NCBI GenBank assembly: GCA_002633005.1
Contig: NMRA01000182.1
Location: 133,077-197,076 of the forward strand
Origin: Phoronis australis
Lineage: Eukaryota > Animalia > Phoronida
Length of the DNA: 64,000 nucleotides
Reading direction: 5' to 3'
Shown: piece by piece, positions 49,702 through 62,695 of the stretch
Numbering within the stretch: position 1 is the first letter of the stretch
Layout of the letters: the number at the start of each line of letters is the position of its first letter
The notes under the pieces: generated by a model
What the model saw: the letters and a program-made list of their open reading frames with translations, nothing else
Databases searched by the model: none
What the model was told of the DNA's origin: nothing
Made by a program: the position numbers and the translations under genes

Positions 49702-52700
49702 ATAACAGGAGCAACACAGAGCATTGAAATACGCCCACGAATGCACCCCAAACGATGTGCTTCTAGGGTTGTTTATTTGTACCATAAAAATGGCCACTAG
49801 ATAGTGCTTAATCCATTGAATCCAACCGAAATCGGGAACATGACATCACTTTTTAAAAAGACAGCTATTTAATAAATTCCATAAAAATCTACCAAGGAAC
49901 TTCAGCTAAACAAAGGAAAGCAGAAAAGAATGAAATTGCCACTAGAGGACACAGCGTTTGTCGGATCCGTCGCCATCTGTTGTTAACTTCATATTAATAC
50001 ACATAATAAATTGACGAAAAGATTCTGCAGTCGGTTTGGGAGATACAGCTATGGGCACAAAACAAAACTGCCACTAGGAGTCGCCACAGCAGTTGAAGTC
50101 GCCATCGACAACTGTCCTCTTCACACTTAAAACATACAATTTTCTAAATCATCCTCAGAATGATTTGGTTGATAGAGGGGCCGATGTCAAAAAACACACG
50201 AAATCAGCAACCATGGCCACTAGGTGGCGCAAAATACCTCGAATCCATCCAAAAACGAAAGGTTGTCCACATCTCACCACTAGATGCCTAGCTATATTCC
50301 AAACTTTATGAAAATCCATTGAGGATCTTTGAAGATACAGGGGCAAGCGTAAACAACTAAAATTGCCATCAGGGGATACACTGTTAATCAGATACGTTCG
50401 AAAGTCGTCATCGGTCATTGACAACTTAATACAAGAGCAACGCAGAGCGTTGAAATGCGCCCACAATTGCACCGTATATGGTATCCTCCTAGGGTTCTTT
50501 ATTGGTACCATGAAGTGGCCAGTAGAGGGCATACATGTAGTATGTTGTACTTTGCAAAATGGAAAGGCATGGTCATTGTCTCATCAATAGGCTAGGGGCA
50601 AAATGTGAGTGATCTTCATAATACAAGCACATCCTATACATCAGTTGCTTAAAGCACCATAGAAACATAGAATTAAAAACAAATTTACCAACATACGAGA
50701 TTAGCACAGCAATAGAATGCAAGAAACAAATTTCTACTTGGAACTTTTCCTTCATAGTCATGAAGTAACACAAAATATACACCTGAAGACCTATGAAAAT
50801 ACAGAGGTCAATGTAAAGAAATAAAATTGCCACTAGGGGGCACACTGGTAGGCGGATCCGTCCAAAAGTCGTCCTCTGTTGTTAACATCATATAAATACA
50901 CTTATTAAATTTCGTAAAGATCCTGCGAACAGTTTAGGAGATACAGCCATAGGCGCAAAAAAAAAACTGCCACTAGGAGGTGCCACAGTAGTCCAAATCG
51001 TATGAAAATCATTGTCAGCTGTCCTCTTTATAGTAAGCACATACATGCCAATTTTCACAATCATCCTTTGAGCGGTTTGGTTGATAGAGGGGTGGACGCA
51101 AAAATACAGACTCGAAACCAGTAAAAATGGCCACTAGGTGGTGCAAACTACGTCGAATCCATCTGAAAACGGGAGGATAGCGTCATCTCACTAATAGGTG
51201 CCTACATACCAAATTTTATGAAAATTCGTTCAGAACTTTTGAAGATACAAAGGTAAGCGTAAAAAACTAAAATTGCCACTAGGGGACACACCGGTAGTTG
51301 GATCCGTCCAAAAGTCGTCATCTTCCGTTGTTAACATCATATAAATATACTTACACAAATTCGTAAAGATCCTGCGAACGGTTTAGGAGATACAGCCATA
51401 GTCGCAAAAAAAAAAAAAAACTGCCACTAGGAGGTGCCACAGTAGTCGAAATCGTCGGATAATCATCGTCAACCGTCCTCTACATATTAAGCATATACAT
51501 GCCAATTTTCACAATCATCCTTTGAGCGGTTTGGTTGATAGAGAGGTGGACGCACAAAAACAGACTCGAAAACACTAGGTGGCGCAAATTATTTTGAATC
51601 CATCTGAAAACGAGAGGATAGCGTCATCTCACTAATAGGAGCCTACATACCAATCATGAAAATCTGTTCAGGACTTTTGAAGATACAAAGGTAAGCGTAA
51701 AAAACTAAAATTGCCACTAGGGGGCACACCGGTAGTCAGATCTGTCCGAAAGTTCGCACATACCCTCCCATTCATGAATGGAACATATGTGCCAAATTTC
51801 ATGAACGTATGTCAAAGGGTTTTGGAGATAAAGCAGCGGACGCCGGACACTGGACGGACGCCCACCGGATGGACGGACGGACGGACAGACGGAGATGACG
51901 GCATAATGCGTCCACATATAAATATGTAGGCGCATAATAAATACACTTGATAATTTAGGAAAGACCCTGCAGATGGTTTAGGAGATACATCCATGGGTGC
52001 AAAACAAAACAAAACTGCCACTAGGAGGTGCCACAGTAGACAAAGTCTTTGGAAAATCATCGTCAGCTATCTTCTTCATAGTAACAACATACATGCTAAT
52101 TTTCACAATCTTTAGCGCGATTATCTTGATGGAGAGGCGGACACCAAAAAACAAACTCAAAAACGGTAAAAATGGACACTACGGTAGGTCAGTGGCACAA
52201 AATACCTTGAATCCATCCGAAAACGGGAAAATAGTGTCATGTCACTAACAGATGCCTTATTATGCCAAATTTTATGAAAATCCATTGAAGACCTTTGAAG
52301 ATACAGACTGAGGTAAACATAGAAAACTAACTAGAGAACACGCCAGTAACTGATCTTTCCGAAACATCGCTCATGCCGTCCCATCCATAGAAGGAACACG
52401 TGCAAAATTTCATGAGCATACGTCAGAGTGTTTTGTGGAAGGAGAAGCAGATGGCCGATGGACAGACATCGGACGTGGATGACGGCATAATGAATTTGAA
52501 TTCAGTTTCTTGAAACTTTTGAGTAACACTGGCATCCAACCACTCTACAAAAACTTGAATTTGTTTTGAAACCTCTGCCGTTGAACTTAATATTGTATGC
52601 ATTTCTGGTTGGCATGGCATTCTTTTTGAATCACTGCATTACTTTAATATAACCGATGAAAACGCAATTAATACCTCCTGGATTTTTTGTTGAGGGACAG

Positions 52701-55700
52701 TTATTGAGTTATTACGCCAAAGGGCCCATAATTCAATTTTACTTTGAGAGAAGATGTATTACCCCTTCCAGTATTGTGTGCCTACTCACACGGGCTCGGA
52801 AGGCTGTAACATTGAAATTATATGGTTACGATTTTTACAAACGTTGATACTGGCATAAAACACCAAATAATGGATCACTGTTGACCCTACAACCAATTCT
52901 TCGCAATATTTATGCAGTTCAAAAATTTGTTGACGTTCTTTCCAAAATAAAATTATTTTCCAACAGTACATTTGAAAATTATGCAAAATAAAACAATTTT
53001 CGATGGCAAGATGCGAATACCTGATGTAGTCATAACCAACAGCAATCGCTACACAAGGTACAATAGCGAGCTACTCTTTGAACATTTCCCAGCTTTAAAA
53101 TGCCTGCTGTCGTAACACTTAAAGCATTGTTTTTTAATGTTTATACAATTTCACTGTAACATTTCAACGTTTCTTGATTGTTGTACGTAAAATATACTTC
53201 ATGGCCAGAGGTAAAAAATTACATTTCTCCCAGAACAGTTAACGTTTGATTTTACCACGCCGTCGGTATATACCGAAAATATTTACATAATTCGTAAGAG
53301 AAAGTTGATAAACAGCGATTCACTAGAGTGGCCACTGGAGAACGAACAGCAGCCTTGTTTGTCCAAAGTTCATCGGCTAATTCATAAAACGGTAATTGCC
53401 GACTGAGGATACGCATAATTTAAATCAGTCGGCAAGGCAACCAGTTTGCCATCCCAACTGCTGATCGCAGAGGCGACTAAGCCGATGGCTCCTAGCACAT
53501 CATTGCTGGTTAGCTGCTGGTCAGTTAGACGACCAGTCGTCGACCGATTTTCGACTGGTCAGACAAAAATTTGTGATGTGTGCTGTAGGTGCCACAGTAG
53601 TCGAGGCTGTCAGAAAATCGTCATCAGCCGCCTTCTTCACAGTAAGGAAATTCAGGACAATTTTTAATAGAAGGGCAGACGCTAAACAAAAGACTCAAAA
53701 ATGGCCACTGGGTGATGCAAAATGCATTGAATCCATCCAAAAACAGGAGGATAGTGTCCAGGCCTTTATCCAGGATTTTGAAAATAGGGTGTCCAAAATG
53801 GGGTTCCCAATACTCCAGGGTGTCCATGATTCCGACGCGTAACCCCCCACCCCCAGCAATACCCCTAAATAAACAGATTTTTTTACAAAAAAATGCATAG
53901 ATCAAGGTTTTTACATCTAAATTTATAAAACAGCCTTCTATGGTGAGCATTTTACTAAAAAAAACCTGTGAAGACCAAGACTTTTACAATGCTGTCAATC
54001 AAGTGTCAAAATAGCAACAATGCATATACTTTAAATATACATTGTATATTTCTTCCTGCTTTGAAAAAAGAGCCCCCACTGTGAGCCTTCAGAGGCTTCC
54101 TAGTATTCATTACAATGTGTGAGTCCAAACTTGAAAGGTTCCTATTGACAGTGGGCGTCCAAATGATACATTGGGCGTTAGTGCTAGGGCGTCCAAATGG
54201 ACATACGCTGCATTAGCATCGTCTCATTAATAGATGCCTATGTGGCAAGTTTCATGAAAATCCGTTGAAGACCTTTGAAGATACAGAGGGAGGTAAAAGT
54301 AACAAAAATAAAATTGCCACTAAGGGGCACACCTGTATTCAGGTCAATCCAAAATCCATCCTAATCCCTTGTTAACTTCACAGGAACACATCTGCCAAAT
54401 GTCATCAAAATAACCTGAGTAGTTTAGGAGATACAGCTGCGGATGCCAGATGGCCTGACACACAAAGATGATGGCAATATTCACACACATATAATAAAGC
54501 AAAGCGGAGTTTTGAAATGCACCCGCGAATGCAGCACAAACAGTATGCTTCTAAGATTGTTTATTTGTATCATGAAAATGACACAAAAACATCGAATCCA
54601 TCCGAAACCAGGACATGCCATCACTTCTATAATAGAAAGCTCTTAAATACTAAAATTCATGAAAATCTGTCAAGGAATTCCAGATGAACAAAAGAGAATG
54701 GAAAAAATCAAACTGCCACTAGGGGGCAAAGCTTTCCTTGGATCTACTTGTAAGTTGTCGTTTCCTGTTGTTAGCTTCATATAAATACACTTACTAAATA
54801 TAATAAAGATCCCGAAGGGGGTTTAGGAGACACAGCTATGGGCACAAAACAAAACTACCATTATGTGGCCCCACAGTAGTCGAAGTCATCATCATCACAT
54901 GTGTTCTTCAAACTGAGGACATATGTGCCAATTTTCAAAATCATCCTGGCTTGAAATGGTTTGGTTGATAGAGGGGTGGAGCCAAAAAACAGACTCGAAA
55001 ACAACAAAAAAGAACACTAGGTGGGGCAAAATATCTCCATTCCATCCGAAAACGGGGGTATAGGGTCATCTCACCAAAAGATGCTTATTTTCCAAATTTT
55101 ATGAAAATACGTTGACGACCTTTGAAGACAGAGGTAAACATAAAACTGAAATTGCTACTAGGGGGCACACTGGTAGTCAGATCCATTCGAAAGTCGTCGT
55201 CTTCCGTTTAAAGATCATTCAAACGGTTAAGGAGATACAGCCATAGGCACATAAAAAAAGAAAACTGCCACTAGGAGGCGTTACCGTAGTTGAAATCGTC
55301 GGAAATCGTGGTCAGCTGTCCTCTTCATAGTAAGAACATAGATGCCAATTTTCACAATCATACTTAGAGCGATTGGGTTGATAGAGTGGACGCCAAAAAA
55401 CAGACTCGAAAACAGTAAAAGTGGCCACTAGGTGGCACAAAATACATCGGAAGAATCCGAAAATGCTTGGATAACATCATCTCACCAATAGATTCCTATG
55501 TGCCAAGTCTCATGATTATTGATTAAGGACCTTTGAAGTTAGAATTAAACGTAAAAACTAAAATATCCTCTAGGGGTACAACAGTATTCGGATCCGTCCG
55601 AAGTTCGTCGTCATCTGTAGACACCTTAAAAGGAACACATATGCCAAATCTCGTCAAGATCCTGTGAGGGGTTTAGGAGATACAGCTGCGGATGTCGGAC

Positions 55701-56330
55701 AAAGGACGCCCAGACACCTGGACGAACAGAGATAACGACAATATGCACCCCCATATCAATACGTGGGCACATAAAAATGAAATTGTTGAACCTCAATGGA
55801 TGCCAAGGTAATATATGCATGTTAACTATTTTGATTTGAGAATGAAACAATGATGGAGCTTGTAGAATTGACATGAAACAATTTTCAGTTTCTTGACTAG
55901 CTTGCCACCAGCTATTTCAGAGTTGACTGTTCATGTTATTCAATCTCAACAAAATAGCAACATTTCAGCACAATGGTTTGGGCTTAGCGAAACATTTGAG
56001 CATTATATCAATTGCCATCCCTTTCTTAGTTTGTATGGAAATTTTTCACCTATTTAGCCCAAAAATTCAGCGACGAATGAAAATTTGTTGACGGTCTTCT
56101 AAGATACAGAGGAAAAAGTAAAAAACTAAAATTGCCACTAGGTGGCAAACCTGCCATCTGATCCGTCCAAAAGTCATCGTCATCTGTTGCCAACTTCATA
56201 TAAAAACACCTGCAAAAGATCCTGTAGAGCGTAAAGGAGATACAGGTTTGGGCGCAAACACTGCGACAAGGTGCCCCCACAGTAGTCAAAGTCGGAAAAT
56301 CGTCAACAGCTATCCTCTTCAAAGTAAGAA
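49702..56330 (+). repeat. HINE-like CCACTAG modular array (with inserts) between TLR copies 2 and 3
   Basis: Same modules, with internal tandem repeats of about 450 bp (50.8-51.7 kb) and a (GGAC)n tract at about 51853-51893. Confidence 0.75.
53759..54212. mobile_element. hAT-like insertion within a HINE module
   Basis: Interrupts GGAGGATAGCGT|YGTCTCATTAA, which is uninterrupted at about 45311; degenerate 8-bp TSD ATAGTGTC/TTAGCATC; CAGGCC start; GGGYGTCC subrepeats. Confidence 0.5.
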
Positions 56331-56786
56331 CACATATGCACATAAATTCTTGTAACACTGTTTTACTGCTACCCCTGGGGTCCATCTCTGTTGCCTAATA
56401 CCAAACATAAGAAGTCAGAAAGAAACTGTGATTACGAGCTATTCAAATCCCAGCTACGAGTAAGAAGCCAATTGGGAAATAAGCACTAACTTGTACAGCA
56501 GGAGTTGCCTTAGTCCAGAAAATGAAATGCATCATTCTCTCTATGAAAAAAAACAAAGTCAGCAAAATTTCACAAAGATCCACAGAGCGGTTTATGAGAT
56601 AGAGAGGCATCCACCATGTACAGGATGCCCAGACATAGATGACACAGCATGCACCCACATATCTAATATGTGGGTACAGCATTTCCAAACATGAAACAAA
56701 TCTTAATCTTTGTACTCAAATATCGGAGTCAATGTAGTCAAGGTAACTTGTATATAATTTCAGTCAGCAACAGGACAGAGAACAGA

Positions 56787-59468
56787 ATGACAATACTGGG
56801 CAACAAATGTCAACTAGTACAGCTGTTGGTGGCGGCCATAGTGGTGACTGTGGCTACTGATGATGTATGTAGGGAGACGTGTCATGTCATTTATGAAGTG
56901 GACAACCAAACCTACACCCAGACGTACCAGAATTATCACAGCATGTTGTCAGTCCTACCACACAACATCGTCTCACTGAAGTTACCAGAAAGGTGCCAAG
57001 TTGTTGCCCTCAGACAGAATGAGTTACAACACTTTAGCAAGCTGCAAAGGTTGTGGCTGAGACTTTGTGACATCAGGGTGAATATCTACGGTTCAGTGTT
57101 TGTTGGGCTGACAAACCTCACACACCTGACTCTTGACTTCTCACACTTCAATTGTGAAATCCAACCAGAAATATTTGAACCAATACAGCAGCTGCAAATG
57201 CTGAAAATTCTACCCCATAATGACTTGCCAAAACAAATTATCAACATTGTGGACATACTAAATTACTTACAAAACTTGCAACATTTAAGTCTAAGCACAT
57301 ACACTACTATGGAACCCATTGTAATTAAGAAACAATTAAGTCAGCGACCTTCCATCATTTCACTAGACTTCAGCTATAACAAATGGAAAACTATGCCATG
57401 TTTACCAATTTTTCCCAATCTGAGATATTTAAACCTTTCCGGAAACAATATTCGGGAAATATATCTTGAAAAGCAGTGTCTTGAAACCGAAAATATTTCA
57501 ATAGATCTGACAAACAACATTATACCACATATTCACAAAAGCCATTTCAGGAACTACAACACCGTAAAACTAATTTCTCTGGATTTTTCCCACACACAAC
57601 TGTCCCAGCTAGGTCAAAACATATTCTTTTATTTGCGTACACGACACACGGCAATAGGTACATTAACTATTGGTCACAATACAGATGTAAAATATGTTGA
57701 CACTTTTTTTCCAAAATTATTCAAACAACTTGAAGAGGTCAGAATCCATAGCCTAGCATTGTTTGGCAAAACAATTGTGCTGAAACCAAAAGACAAAGCT
57801 TACCACCCTTTTCCCATTCTAACATCCACATCGATGACACGTTTTTCACTAACCTATGGGAAAATCACAATAATTCTAACAAACTTCTTTTCAAAACTGA
57901 CAAATCTAGAATTTTTAGAGTTATCCTACACTGAAATTAAGGAAATTCGCACAAAGGCTTTCAGGGGATTGGAAAAGTTACAAACACTGATATTAACAGG
58001 AGTTAAGCCTCAAACTGTAGTCAGCATGAAGTCTTTGTTCAAGGATTTAAACAAAATGAAACAACTAAAAAATCTACAAGTGAACAAGATGGGTAGATGG
58101 CAGGTGGACACTGATAGACTAGAGTTAACGGGATTAATAAACCTTGAGTATTTAGATGTGTCTGACAATGATATTCAAATGAATATGAAGCTTGTTGTTA
58201 GCAAAGCAAAAATTGTGAAAGCAAACAACATATTGTGTAAATGCCAACAGCTGCCATGTATCAATTTGGAACAAAATTCTAAAATCCAAGTGCTAGAAGT
58301 AAGAAATAGTTTGGGTTGCATTTCATCACTCACAAAACAAACGGTCTACTCAAACTTGTTGACCTTAGACGCTAGCCAAAATGCTAACTTCTCCCTTGAT
58401 TCTTTAATGCTGGTCAACATACAAATGCCTCAACTTAAAACCTTGAGACTGTCAAACAATAGTATACAGGAATTAAACAATAAAACGTTTGCTAAGGTTC
58501 TGGAACTGCAATGCATAGATCTATCCTTCAACAAACTAACTCTCATAAAACAAGGTGTTTTCTCACAGCTAACTTCTCTCAAATATTTGAAGTTAAATAA
58601 CAACAAGATTTCCAACATTGACGCACACAATTTTATTAGACTCATTCACCTAAAGAGCTTGTCCCTTTACCAAAATAGATTTGACTGCAACTGTGAGCTA
58701 CGTCAGTTAAGAGATTGGCTCAAGAGGAAAGGGCAACTACACGCGAAACTGGATACATGTAAATATCCAACGCACTTAAGACACGCCTCCATAGATACAT
58801 TTCATCTCAATTGGATAGACTGCGATGGACACATTTACATCGTCATCACAACATCAGCCGCTGGATTCATTCTTTTGATCACTCTTCTACTGGCATTAAC
58901 CTACTACAGGTTGGACATTAAATATTGGTACTTCTTTAAATACAAGTACAGAAACCGCAAACTGACAGAAAACAACATGTACGACGCCATGGTGTGTTAC
59001 CATGTAGATGATTTGGTGTGGATTAAAGACAATCTAATGCCCCAGTTGGAAGAAGGAAAGGAACACCAGTTTAGACTATGCGTTCATCACCGAGACTTTG
59101 ATGTTGGTGAGTTTATTAAACAAAACATCATCAACAGTATGAACAACAGTAGCAAGATCATATTTATCATGACGAGAAAATTCATGCACAGCGAGTGGGG
59201 CCAGTTTGAACTGGAGATGGCGTTGATGAGACTACCAGAGGTTAAATGTCAGTATGTCATAATGGTGATGCTGGAGAAGATTACCAAGAAACAGCTCAAA
59301 GCCAAACTTCGCTGTTTCACTCGTCACCTGACCTACATAGAGTGGCCCTTGGGTGACGACATTGGACAGCGGGAAAGGGATCACTTTTGGAAGAAGCTGA
59401 TACTGGCAATGATGGAAGATAAACAGGCAACATCTGAGGATGAAAATACACCACTCCTTCAACAGTAG
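56787..59468 (+). CDS. Toll-like receptor, copy 3 (893 aa)
   Basis: Most divergent paralog, with the same architecture; start ATG at 56787; AATAAA at 59882. Confidence 0.95.
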   Translation: MTILGNKCQLVQLLVAAIVVTVATDDVCRETCHVIYEVDNQTYTQTYQNYHSMLSVLPHNIVSLKLPERCQVVALRQNELQHFSKLQRLWLRLCDIRVNIYGSVFVGLTNLTHLTLDFSHFNCEIQPEIFEPIQQLQMLKILPHNDLPKQIINIVDILNYLQNLQHLSLSTYTTMEPIVIKKQLSQRPSIISLDFSYNKWKTMPCLPIFPNLRYLNLSGNNIREIYLEKQCLETENISIDLTNNIIPHIHKSHFRNYNTVKLISLDFSHTQLSQLGQNIFFYLRTRHTAIGTLTIGHNTDVKYVDTFFPKLFKQLEEVRIHSLALFGKTIVLKPKDKAYHPFPILTSTSMTRFSLTYGKITIILTNFFSKLTNLEFLELSYTEIKEIRTKAFRGLEKLQTLILTGVKPQTVVSMKSLFKDLNKMKQLKNLQVNKMGRWQVDTDRLELTGLINLEYLDVSDNDIQMNMKLVVSKAKIVKANNILCKCQQLPCINLEQNSKIQVLEVRNSLGCISSLTKQTVYSNLLTLDASQNANFSLDSLMLVNIQMPQLKTLRLSNNSIQELNNKTFAKVLELQCIDLSFNKLTLIKQGVFSQLTSLKYLKLNNNKISNIDAHNFIRLIHLKSLSLYQNRFDCNCELRQLRDWLKRKGQLHAKLDTCKYPTHLRHASIDTFHLNWIDCDGHIYIVITTSAAGFILLITLLLALTYYRLDIKYWYFFKYKYRNRKLTENNMYDAMVCYHVDDLVWIKDNLMPQLEEGKEHQFRLCVHHRDFDVGEFIKQNIINSMNNSSKIIFIMTRKFMHSEWGQFELEMALMRLPEVKCQYVIMVMLEKITKKQLKAKLRCFTRHLTYIEWPLGDDIGQRERDHFWKKLILAMMEDKQATSEDENTPLLQQ

Positions 59469-62400
59469 TGAGACATATTTAGACTGGACTAGTGTGTTAA
59501 ACAAATTCTTTAGCACACAACTGACAAGCATAGGTGGTGGATTTTTCAGTAGTTTCATAGTCCTCATTCAACAATGTTGTTAACAGCATCGTTTACATCA
59601 ACCAGATCAGTGAATACCACTTTCTGTTAATGTGCAGCACCTACCAAGATCTTCAGGTGCAATACGTTTAAGTGGTTGTTTTTGTCATTTTCCCATATTA
59701 TTTGAATTTCTCATGAGAACTACTGACAGTTCACCTCTAACATCCGTTCATTCTGCTGAGAAGGGTCACAATTTACTGTCGAGTTTGTAGATGTGTACGT
59801 GACAATTTACTATCTGGCAATTCTGATGTTAGGTCAATGGTCATGTGTACATAGTACAAGCATGCATATACCGTATATTCCAATAAATCTCATATGTAAA
59901 ATTACACAACATCTACCCTTTACTTCAACTGCTAGAGTTCCAGAAATTGCGTGGCAAGTGTAATGAGTCCTGCCAGTGTTTGTATCATTAATGCAGTGTT
60001 TGAAAGTGAAACCTAATACGACGGAGGGTAGAGCCTTGACGACATCAAAAGTATAAAAGAGATAGTCGAAACCATCCCAGCTTCAGGGTTGTGTTAGACA
60101 ATGACAGACTAATGAGTCATTGCAAACCTTGCAAATTCCAATCATTTGGTTACTAGACTAATATATAGACAGACCAGAAGGAGCCCAATGGGCCTATCTT
60201 TTATTTCAATTATAGGGCAGGGGCATACAATGACCCAAAACCCGGCAGTGAGGTTGTAACTTTAGACATGCCACAAAATTCCATGTATAAAGCTATGGCC
60301 TTACGTTCAAGTATTGCCTTACATTCAACTATAAGGCCAATTTCGCATTTTGAAGAAAAGATCAAACAAAAAAGTTGAGACATGATCTTTCCTTCAAAAC
60401 AATTTTAAAACAATACATTCTGTTGGAATATTCAATTATTTCATGACTTTCTTATAGTAGGTCGATGCTTTATTAAATTTGATACTGTTTATGCCATAAC
60501 GTGTTTTGGTCGTAATAGACCGGCCCGAAAACCCTCCCAACATTTTCTGGTCGGTTGAAATTCCTGAGTATACCACATGCCTTTATTTGGCCAGTAACAT
60601 GCGATTTCAAATTAATACACATTAGCTGATGGTGTTAAGATAAGAGTTGCCTAACAATACAACACGTCTGTTTTGACTTTGCGGCTCTTTTGATGGATTT
60701 AAACTTATAGACAATTCGAAATCTTCAAAAAATTTTGACCTCCGTACATGCTCCCTCCATAAATATCGGTGAAGTTTTAGCTGAGGTTGCTTCGGTCAGA
60801 TCAGCCAAGTTTGAAGTAACTTTTTAGTATTACTATGCGGTAAAGCACTTTCCTTTGTTTTGAATTTTATATCCGTTAAGAATTTAATTTACACTACTTA
60901 CATTTTCAAAGTAAATACACAGAAATTAGTATGGAATATCTTCAGTAAACCTGAGTTAAAATTCCTGAGAAAGTAACAAATTTCATGACTTTATGAATCC
61001 GCAACGGTCTAATTTGCACAGTGCCATAGTATTCTGAGTAATCCGGTCTTGTGGGTGTCGTGAGCACACGTATGAACTGTAAAGTTTTGTTGTTTTTTTG
61101 CCATTTCAAAATGAGAGTGACGGGTGACCGTGTTGAAGCACATATTTTGCCGTAAAGTGAAAATCCCAATGAAAATCTATTAGCTAACTTCAAGAGTTAA
61201 CGATTTTTGTTGGAAGTCATGGAGAAAATCCAGAAAGAAGTTAGATGAAAAATGACACTAAAATTGTTGAAAATTTACCAAAAGTATTTGCTTCAAAATT
61301 CCATCTATTTTCCACAAGAATTATCGTGAACTTTTTAAGACCACCACATTATGATTAATGCTAAACAGCGGTTCGACTGCAACTTAGATATTTGCTGGTT
61401 ATACCATCCACAAGCATGCATGGATCCGTGTACATTAAAAAGGAATTGTAGAAAGAGTGTATTGAAGTGATCAAATGTTATAAACTACAGGTACGTATAT
61501 AATGCGACTCAATTGTGCTTTACCTGAACATTCTAATTCTGTATATATTGGGTTAACTAAATAGACTTGTTGAATAAGTGCTGTACTGTATAAAGTTAAT
61601 GCCGCCAAAAAAAGTTTCATATTTGAATGTTGTGTTGACGTTCAAGGCATCTCACCATTCACTTAAAAGTAGTTCCATTGCCAGACCAGGCGTATTTATC
61701 ATGTTTACTGCCCCCACAGCCGAGTGGATAATGTAACCCTTGAGACTCTATCACCATCATTTCATGTTATGCTGTCAAGGCTGATTGTCAGAAAACGTAA
61801 TGAAAGCAGCAGCTTTCCTTATAACCAGAGAAATGACATGGCTTTATATTTAATCATAAGCCCACGGTCTTATATTACATAATGTTACATTTTCAAATGT
61901 TGTCAGGAAACCATGGGCTTATATGTAGAATTGTAAAACTATTTAACATAAAATAGCAAATCACAGCTTAAAATTTTTTTAAATATAAACCATGTGTGAC
62001 TTGCAAAAGTGCAGACGTTGCGTTCAGTTGCTGCTTCATGGTATTCATCCTATACTATCAGCTTTATTTGTTTCCAATATTTATTTGAATTATGTTTTTT
62101 AATGGCAAAAGATTGAGTGGTCTACTACAATGCTCAATTGTTGTTCCATATACAGTGACTTTAGTGAAGAAAACAGCACTAGCCATCAAGTCACAATCAA
62201 ATTCTTAATATGTAGTTTAAGAAAAGCTTGAACAACATCAGATAATGTTATTGTTGAGTAATAACCATGAAAGTGTACAAGCATGTTCGATGACTGCAGA
62301 TCATCACCTTTCCTATTTAGTGAAAAGTGAAAAAGGAAACAAGAAGTTTTGCCGGAGTCATCATTTTATCACTAAGTAAGGACAGTTACTGTAAAATCCA

Positions 62401-62695
62401 CAAGAGGCATTGGCCTAGGATGTGCATTTCAACATGAAAAAACTCCAGATATTAAATATTTATTTGGTGAATGCTCAATCGGTACCTATTTACATGTTAC
62501 TGTTCAGCAGGCTTTTACCAATTATAAGTATCAAAATCTAAAATTATATTTTTTTCAATTTGTTACATTCAGTTGATGTGCTTGATTTTAGGTCAACACA
62601 GTTTGAAACATTAAAGTGCTTTCTCATTAAGGGAAGTTCAGTTTACCGATTAAGGGAAGTTCAGTTTAACGAAGCTTTGCCGAAACTGCACCTAC

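Noticed and set aside
36182-56694. Many short mutually similar ORFs (KLPLGG, KMATRW) between the TLRs
   Set aside because: Translations of the non-coding HINE-like modules; frames are not preserved between copies.
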